Below, one piece after another: positions 57,285-64,000 of a stretch of DNA of 64,000 bases; position 1 is the first letter of the stretch; each line of letters begins with the position of its first letter. Below the pieces are notes generated by a model. The model did no database searches. It saw nothing but the letters and a program-made list of their open reading frames with translations, and was not told where the DNA came from. The DNA comes from Planktothrix sp. GU0601_MAG3. Lineage in GTDB: Bacteria > Cyanobacteriota > Cyanobacteriia > Cyanobacteriales > Microcoleaceae. The stretch spans positions 2,228,578 to 2,292,577 of the forward strand of contig CP136572.1 in NCBI GenBank assembly GCA_035193785.1, in the 5' to 3' direction. The translations under genes were made by a program, and so were the position numbers.

Positions 57285-59911
57285 TCACTCTTGAACAGTT
57301 AACAATTCCAGGGGTAAACGTTTAAAAACCAATCGTTCGTTTTCGATATCCACAAAAATTGTATCCCCATTAATAAACTCACCGCGAAGAATTGCCTTAG
57401 CAATAGGTGTTTCTAATTCCCGTTGAATTGCCCGTTTTAATGGACGAGCGCCATAGACAGGATCATAGCCAGCTTCTGCTAAGAAATCTAAGGCAGAATC
57501 CGATAATTTTAACGTCATTTTTCGTTCTACTAAACGTTTCGATAAACGTTCAACTTGCAGACTCACAATTTGTCGCAATTCGGATTTTTGTAAAGCATGG
57601 AAAATGATCATTTCATCAATTCGGTTGAGAAATTCCGGTCGGAAACTTGCCCGCATTGCTTCTAATACCCGACCCCGCATTTCTTCATATTGGGAATCGG
57701 AAACCCGACACATCTAAAATATACTGTGATCCGACATTACTGGTCATAATAATAATGCTATTTTTGAAATCAACAGTATGACCCTGTGCATCCGTAACCC
57801 TGCCATCATCAAGGATTTGCAACATTATATTAAACACATCGGGATGGGCTTTTTCAATTTCATCAAACAGAATTACAGCGTAGGGACGGCGACGAATTGC
57901 TTCAGTTAATTGCCCCCCTTCATCATAACCAACATACCCTGGAGGTGCGCCAATTAAACGGGAAACCGCGTGTTTTTCCATGTATTCCGACATATCAATT
58001 CGCACCATCGCTTCTTCGGTATCAAATAAATAGGAAGCTAAGGCTTTTGCTAACTCCGTTTTCCCGACTCCTGTGGGGCCTAGAAAGATGAAACTGGCGA
58101 CGGGACGGTTGGGGTCAGACAACCCCGCTCTTGACCGTTGAATGGCATCAGCAACGGCCGTTACCGCCTCATTTTGACCGATAACTCGGTGGTGTAATTC
58201 AGCTTCTAAAGTTAGAAGTTTTTGCATTTCCGACTCGACTAATTTACTAATCGGAATCCCTGTCCATTTTGAGATAATTTCCGCAATATCTGCCTCGGTT
58301 ACTTCCTCGCGTAATAGGGTTTTGCCACTGGTTTGAGTGTTTTCTAATTGGGCTTCTATGGCTTTGAGTTTTTTCTTGAGTTCCTCCATTTTCCCATATT
58401 TTAATTCCGCTGCTCGGTTTAAATCATAGTTACGTTCTGCTTGCTGAATTTCAATATTAACCCGATCAATTTCTTCTTTGATCGATTGAATATCGGTAAT
58501 CACATTTTTCTCGGATTGCCATTGGGAACTCAGGCTTTGTTGTTCTTTCTTTAAGGTTGCTAATTCCGTTTCTATCCGTTCTAAACGTTCTAAAGATGCA
58601 GCATCACTTTCTTTTTTGAGCGATAAACGTTCCATTTCTAATTGCAAAATTCGCCGATCAATTTCATCTAATTCCTCCGGTTTAGATGTAATTTCCATCT
58701 TTAATTTAGCCGCCGATTCATCGACTAAATCAATAGCTTTATCGGGTAAAAAGCGATCGCTAATATATCGAGTTGATAATACCGCCGCCGCCACTAAGGC
58801 ACTATCGGAAATTTTTACCCCATGATGCACTTCATAACGTTCTTTTAATCCGCGTAAAATTGAAATAGTATCTTCCACGGTCGGTTGATCAACATAAACC
58901 TGTTGAAAACGCCGTTCTAAAGCCGGATCTTTTTCAAGATACTTGCGATATTCGTCTAGGGTTGTTGCCCCAATACAACGCAATTCTCCCCGGGCTAACA
59001 TAGGTTTTAATAGGTTCCCAGCATCCATCGCTCCTTGGGTTGCACCCGCCCCGACAACGGTATGAATTTCATCAATAAATAGAATAATTGCCCCGTTAGA
59101 ATCGGTGACTTCTTTTAATACTGCTTTTAGGCGTTCTTCAAATTCCCCTCTGAATTTTGCCCCGGCAATTAATGCCCCCATATCTAAAGCAATTAACCGT
59201 CTTTCTTGCAGAGATTGAGGCACATCTCCGGCAATAATTCGTTGGGCAAGTCCTTCGGCGATCGCAGTTTTACCAACACCTGGTTCCCCAATTAATACCG
59301 GATTATTTTTAGTTTCTGCGGCTTAAAATTTGCACCGTGCGACGAATTTCATCATCTCGTCCAATCACTGGATCAAGTTTGCCTTGACGGGCGGCTTCGG
59401 TTAAATCTCGACCATATTTTTCTAAGGCTTCGTATTTATTTTCGGGTGTTTGATCAGTCACTTTATTGTTTCCTCTAATTTGAGTAATAATAGATTTGAG
59501 TTTGGTTTCATCTAAGTGAAATTCTTGAAATAAAGCCTTGCCAAAACGGTCATCTTTAGTATAAGCTAAAAATAGATGTTCGATGGAAATAAACTCATCT
59601 TTGTATTCTTGGCGATAGGTTTCAGCTTTATCCAGAAGAACATCTAAACTTCGACCTAAATAAACATTAGCAATTGTTCCCGTTATTTTTGGTTGACGAT
59701 TAATAAACCCATCGGTTCTTTCTCTAAATTGAGCAACGGATATTCCTGCTTTACTTAGAATATTTTTAGTTAATCCCTCCTGTTCCAGCAACGCTTTCAT
59801 TAAGTGTTCACTTTCAATTTGTTGCTGTTGGGATTGTTTGACTAAATCGGGAGTCCGGGCTAAGGCTTCCCAGGTTTTTTCTGTAAACTTATTCGGATCG
59901 GTGGGTTGCAT
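57285..59911 (-). CDS. clpB: ATP-dependent chaperone ClpB; apparent frameshifts ~59314 and ~57702
   Basis: [22 protein letters not shown], coiled-coil M domain, [22 protein letters not shown]. Confidence 0.96.
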
Positions 59912-60155
59912 ATTTATCCTCTACTTTGATTGGAAGAAATTGATTGAAAATTAATGATATAGCAATAAACACCAAGGGTCTTTACAACTTTTTTGTGTTC
60001 TTTATATCGTTGTGGTTGAATTAGGATTGATCTTTGTAAGGATACCAGCGCGAACTGCCATATTAGGGAAGTTATAAGTCAAAGATCTCCTCTGACACTT
60101 TCTGACTATATCTGACTTTATTGGAATAGTTTATCTTATTTTCACGACTTTTCTA

Positions 60156-60171
60156 GTACGGTTCACCGAAA
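60156..60171 (-). promoter_or_regulatory. K-box-like element upstream of clpB
   Basis: Minus strand TTTCGG-TGAA-CCGTAC versus consensus GTTCGG-NNAN-CCNNAC (1 mismatch). Confidence 0.55.
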
Positions 60172-60421
60172 ATTAGGCTTTAGGTGTTCGGAAGTCTCAC
60201 CGAGAGAAAAAATACAACAGTTAATCTTAAAATCTGAATATTTAATGGAAATTAATATAATTAAAGTATTTCGGACAGTGATTTATTTTCAATTGAGGGA
60301 GTGAATATCGGGAAATTGGGACATATTCTCAGCTTATAAGGCTAATTTAGACTTTTTTGGGTTTAAAAATCTATTAAAATCCCATTATTCCCGATTCTCA
60401 GCCATAGATTAAGAATAGTTC

Positions 60422-60607
60422 CTAACTTTTAATCATGGTAGAACGTTGGGCTCGACAGGCTATAAAATATTCAACTTCTTGTTCGGTTGTGACCCAGGTT
60501 TTTAAGTTCCCATTCCAGGTAAACTCAATGCGATGTCTAAGTCTTAATTGAGAGACCCGTTGATGAGAAACTTCTAACATTCGAGCTACATCAGATTGTC
60601 TTAACAT
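60422..60607 (-). CDS. Small HTH DNA-binding protein (excisionase/MerR-like)
   Basis: MLRQSDVARMLEVSHQRVSQL HTH followed by a short beta wing. Confidence 0.6.
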   Translation of the reverse strand: MLRQSDVARMLEVSHQRVSQLRLRHRIEFTWNGNLKTWVTTEQEVEYFIACRAQRSTMIKS

Positions 60608-60830
60608 AGAAATTTTTAACCAAAAATGGGGATATTGATTAACAGTAGAAAATCATTTTTTTAACCCTACTGTTAGTCTAATTTGGCTTGATTCTATCAG
60701 GATTCTCTTTAAAAAAAAACAGTATTTATTCGGAAAAATAATTCGGTAAGATCGCATTTTTTCGTGAATTTGCGTAATTCTACTGATCCGATGGAGCAAC
60801 AAAAAGTTATAGGGGAGTAGGGGAGCAGGG

Positions 60831-60973
60831 CAGGGCTGTTTCATTCTCAGGGAAACCCGGGTTTTGTAGGGGTAGTGCCCCCGTGCCTACCCTCCCCATC
60901 CAAGATTTGCAGGCGTTTCAGGGATTGGGGCAACCACGGGGGGATTGCCCCTACAAAGAATGAAACAGCCCTG
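60831..60973. mobile_element. Second copy of the CAGGGCTGTTTCATTCT-TIR MITE (opposite orientation, single internal repeat)
   Basis: Same TIRs; internal sequence is the reverse complement of 50311-50536. Confidence 0.75.
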
Positions 60974-61066
60974 GGGGAGGCAGGGGGAGCAGGGGAGGTA
61001 AACTCTTTTTATTCCCTATTCCCTGTTCCCTGTTCCCTGTCCCCTGTTCCCTGTTCCCTGTTCCCT
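60974..61066. repeat. STRR-type repeats (GGGGAGCAG, TTCCCTG)
   Basis: Directly visible. Confidence 0.85.
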
Positions 61067-61104
61067 ATAAAAGATAAATAACCATGATTAAAATTTAACC
61101 AGTG

Positions 61105-62230
61105 TTACTCATCATCCTTAAATTCTTCGCATAAATCCTGTAGGGTTTGATGTTGAAAACGACGGGAAGAACGGCGATATTTCTTACTAGCTAATTTAGG
61201 TTCTAATTGTTGTTTACCTCCTAATTTTGTTTTAGATTTCATATTATTTTCTACATCCGGTTGTTGTTTAATAGCTTCTTGATAGGCGATCGCAGCTTCT
61301 AAAAACTCCAAATAAATCGGATAACGTTCCCAGTCACCCCGGACAATACAATTCGGTTCATCTCGATGGGAACAATCACTAAATTGACATTTTCCAGCAC
61401 GAAAACGGTGTCTTGCTTCAGGAAAATAATCAACTAATTCTTCTGGATGACATTCTAATTCGGGTTGATTAAATCCGGGTGTATCAGCTAATAATCCTCC
61501 GGTTGGTAATTGAAATAATTCAACATGGCGAGTGGTATGTCTTCCCCGTCCCAACTTTCCTGAAACCGTAGCAACTCTTATATTAAGACTGGGAATTAAT
61601 TGATTAATTAAACTAGATTTTCCCACCCCAGAGGGGCCAGAAATCACCGTAGTTTTATCTTTAAGTTGATGAAGTAAAGTATTCTCGTTAAAGGTATTTT
61701 CCGCTTGAAAAAGAGATTTTTCAAGCACTCTACGCTCAGAATCAACCGTATATTCCAAACCGTTATTAACACTAATAAATAAAGGATAATATCCGCAATT
61801 TAATAAGCGATCGCGCCACAATAATAACGCATCTGACGAAACCAAATCACACTTATTCAAACACAAACAGACCTCTAAACCCGTTGATTCAGCTTTAACT
61901 AAAAACCGACTTAAAGCCGTGATTTCTAACTCCGGTTCCGCGATCGCAAAAACCAACAAAATTTGATTCGCATTAGCAATTGGAGGACGACTCAGTTCCG
62001 TAATTCGGGGAAACACCCGAGCAATCGCCCCCCGTTTTCCCGACCAGTCCGGTTCCTCCACCACCACCCGATCCCCGACCATTACCTGCTGACCCATCTT
62101 TTTTAAAAGAGAACGACGGGTACATAACAATAGGGTTTCAGGTGCTAAAACCCGGTCGGATTCGAGTTGAACCTGATAGAAATTCGCTTGAACTGCGACG
62201 ACAGTTCCCACCAGTTTCCGTTCTATTCAA
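61105..62230 (-). CDS. rsgA: Small ribosomal subunit biogenesis GTPase RsgA; start uncertain, apparent frameshift ~62216
   Basis: NKCD, GPSGVGKSS, GRHTT, DTPG, CQFSDCSH..C zinc finger. Confidence 0.93.
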
Positions 62231-62244
62231 GGGGTCATCACTGA

Positions 62245-62511
62245 TCATTGAACAGGTGTAGGGGTGAGGGGACAACGAACCTGAACCGCGAAAAACTCCC
62301 CACAATCCTTGATTTGTTCAATATCATATCCCGCCATCTTTAAACTATCAGGAACCTGTTCAATGGGTTCTCCCCCATCTAACCAAACTTCCAACAGCGA
62401 ACCCGATGTCATCTGTTCCAGGCGCAATTTAGTCCGAACAAAATTCAAAGGACAAGGAGTTCCCCGCAAATCCAATTGAGCATCCGGTTTTAAAATATCA
62501 GCTTCTCTCAT
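62245..62511 (-). CDS. tusA: TusA-family sulfurtransferase
   Basis: LDLRGTPCPLNFV (CPxP-like motif). Confidence 0.85.
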   Translation of the reverse strand: MREADILKPDAQLDLRGTPCPLNFVRTKLRLEQMTSGSLLEVWLDGGEPIEQVPDSLKMAGYDIEQIKDCGEFFAVQVRCPLTPTPVQ

Positions 62512-62566
62512 AAAAACAAGGTATCGAAACAATTAAAATCTGATATGAAATCATTAAATTAGTGCT

Positions 62567-62826
62567 ACAGGGAATAGGGAATAGGGAACAGGGAACAGGG
62601 AACAGGGAACAGGGAACAGGGAATAGGGAATAGGGAACAGGGAACAGGGAACAGGGAATAGGGAATAGGGAATAGGGAATAGGGAATAGGGAATAGGGAA
62701 TAGGGAATAGGGAATAGGGAATAGGGAATAAAAAGAGTTTACCTCCCCTGCTCCCCCTGCCTCCCCTACTCCCCCACTCCCCCTGCCTCCCCTGCCTCCC
62801 CTGCTCCCCCTGCTCCCCCTGCTCCC
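62567..62826. repeat. Long (GGGAATA/GGGAACA)n heptamer tract followed by CCCCTGC repeats
   Basis: More than 20 heptamers visible. Confidence 0.92.
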
Positions 62827-63960
62827 CTACTTCTGATGGAATAAGTTACCCAGAAACCCCTCAAGGCCGCCCTTTCCCGCGCGATCTCCTCGAATTTTGG
62901 CCAATTGTTCCAGCAGTTCCCGTTCTTCCGGTGCTACCTTAGTGGGAATTTCCACCAGAATCGTGATTAAATGATCCCCGCGACTTACCGGATTTCCCAG
63001 ACGGGGAACCCCCTTATTTTCTAGGGTTAATACCGTTCCGGGTTGAGTCCCGGCCGGAATCGTTAACTTAGTGGGGCCATCAACGGTTTCCACCTCAAAA
63101 TTAAAACCGAGGATCGCCTGAAGATAGCTAATTTTGACTTCCGATAGAATATTAATCCCATCCCGTTGAAATTTCGGGTCGGGTGCTACCGATAAGAACA
63201 CATATAAATCCCCTGGTGGGCCACTGCGTTTTCCCGCATCCCCCTCGTTAGCGACCCGTAGACGAGTGCCATTATCCACCCCAGCCGGAACATTAATTTT
63301 TAGTTTCTTCGTGACTTCATTTAAGCCCCGACCGCCACAGGTGGAACATTTATCCTCAATCATCTGTCCTGTACCATTACAGTTCGGACAAACGGAAACC
63401 TGAGTAAAACTGCCAAAGGGAGTTCGAGTCGCCCGCCGGACTTGACCACTCCCGCCACAGGTAGAACAGGTTTGGGGGCGAGTCCCCGGTTTTGCCCCGG
63501 TTCCGGTGCAGGTGTCACAGGTTTCTAAATGCTTGATGCGGATTTCCTTCTCGCCGCCAAAAATCGCCTCTTTGAACTCTAAACGCAGGTCTAGGCGTAG
63601 ATCATCCCCCCGAGCCGGGCCAGTACGTTTACGCGCTTGGGTATTACCGCCCACACCCCCGCCGAACCCACTGAAGAAGCTCTCAAAAATATCGGTAAAC
63701 GGATCGGTAAAGTTGGGGTCAAAGCCACCCGCACCACCACTAGATACCCCGGCTTCTCCAAAGCGGTCATATCGCGCCCGTAACTCCGGTTCTTTTAGCA
63801 CTTCGTAGGCGCGACTAATTTCTTTAAACCGTTCTTCGCTGCCCGCTTCTTTATTTACATCGGGGTGATACTTGCGAGCTAGGCGACGATAGGCACGCTT
63901 AAGTTCTTCTGTATCCGCCTCACGGGAGACACCCAATATTTCATAATAATCGCCTGCCAT
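62827..63960 (-). CDS. dnaJ: Molecular chaperone DnaJ
   Basis: HPD motif, G/F region, four CxxCxGxG repeats. Confidence 0.97.
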   Translation of the reverse strand: MAGDYYEILGVSREADTEELKRAYRRLARKYHPDVNKEAGSEERFKEISRAYEVLKEPELRARYDRFGEAGVSSGGAGGFDPNFTDPFTDIFESFFSGFGGGVGGNTQARKRTGPARGDDLRLDLRLEFKEAIFGGEKEIRIKHLETCDTCTGTGAKPGTRPQTCSTCGGSGQVRRATRTPFGSFTQVSVCPNCNGTGQMIEDKCSTCGGRGLNEVTKKLKINVPAGVDNGTRLRVANEGDAGKRSGPPGDLYVFLSVAPDPKFQRDGINILSEVKISYLQAILGFNFEVETVDGPTKLTIPAGTQPGTVLTLENKGVPRLGNPVSRGDHLITILVEIPTKVAPEERELLEQLAKIRGDRAGKGGLEGFLGNLFHQK

Positions 63961-64000
63961 AGAGTATTTTGCCTAAAATTATTCAGTGAATTGAGAGGTA

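Noticed and set aside
2784..59911. Mass pseudogenisation or programmed frameshifting
   Set aside because: All resolved breaks except the one near 16340 share one +1 motif, hit housekeeping genes and come with no nonsense decay. A sequencing artefact is the simpler explanation.
62245..62511. tusA as part of the inferred phosphorothioation pathway
   Set aside because: The dnaJ-tusA-rsgA order looks like ordinary housekeeping context, and no dnd genes are in the window.

Overview
This window looks like a filamentous cyanobacterial chromosome (Planktothrix/Oscillatoriales-like), judged from frequent HIP1 octamers (GCGATCGC), STRR-type 7-9 bp tandem repeats, Yfr1 between guaB3 and trxA, SasA and a CAB-tailed ferrochelatase. 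The left part holds three RTX-tailed secreted proteins (DUF4347/ELWxxDGT, S8 protease, metzincin), a phosphoketolase/acetate kinase cluster, hemH, an AAA ATPase with a broken partner, the acr3-arsC-arsH operon and a ~191 bp x 6.5 REP-like tandem array. The middle holds corA, trxA, Yfr1, guaB3, prx and cysK, then an FHA/CHAT/kinase-TPR/HTH-NB-ARC cluster, sasA, a group 2 sigma factor and Anbu. The right part holds an accessory island (TerB-dynamin, toxin-antitoxin genes, an IS200/IS605 OMEGA element with IsrB and omegaRNA), then clpB, rsgA, tusA and dnaJ. Two observations stand out. (1) About 30 apparent frameshifts are all the same event, GAAC/GTTC read as GAAAC/GTTTC, which points to a systematic sequencing error at a modified motif matching the Dnd phosphorothioate motif. 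(2) The IsrB element is inserted exactly at the ATGA start of an antitoxin, so that start codon could act as the TAM. Product calls come from motif recognition only; no database searches were run.
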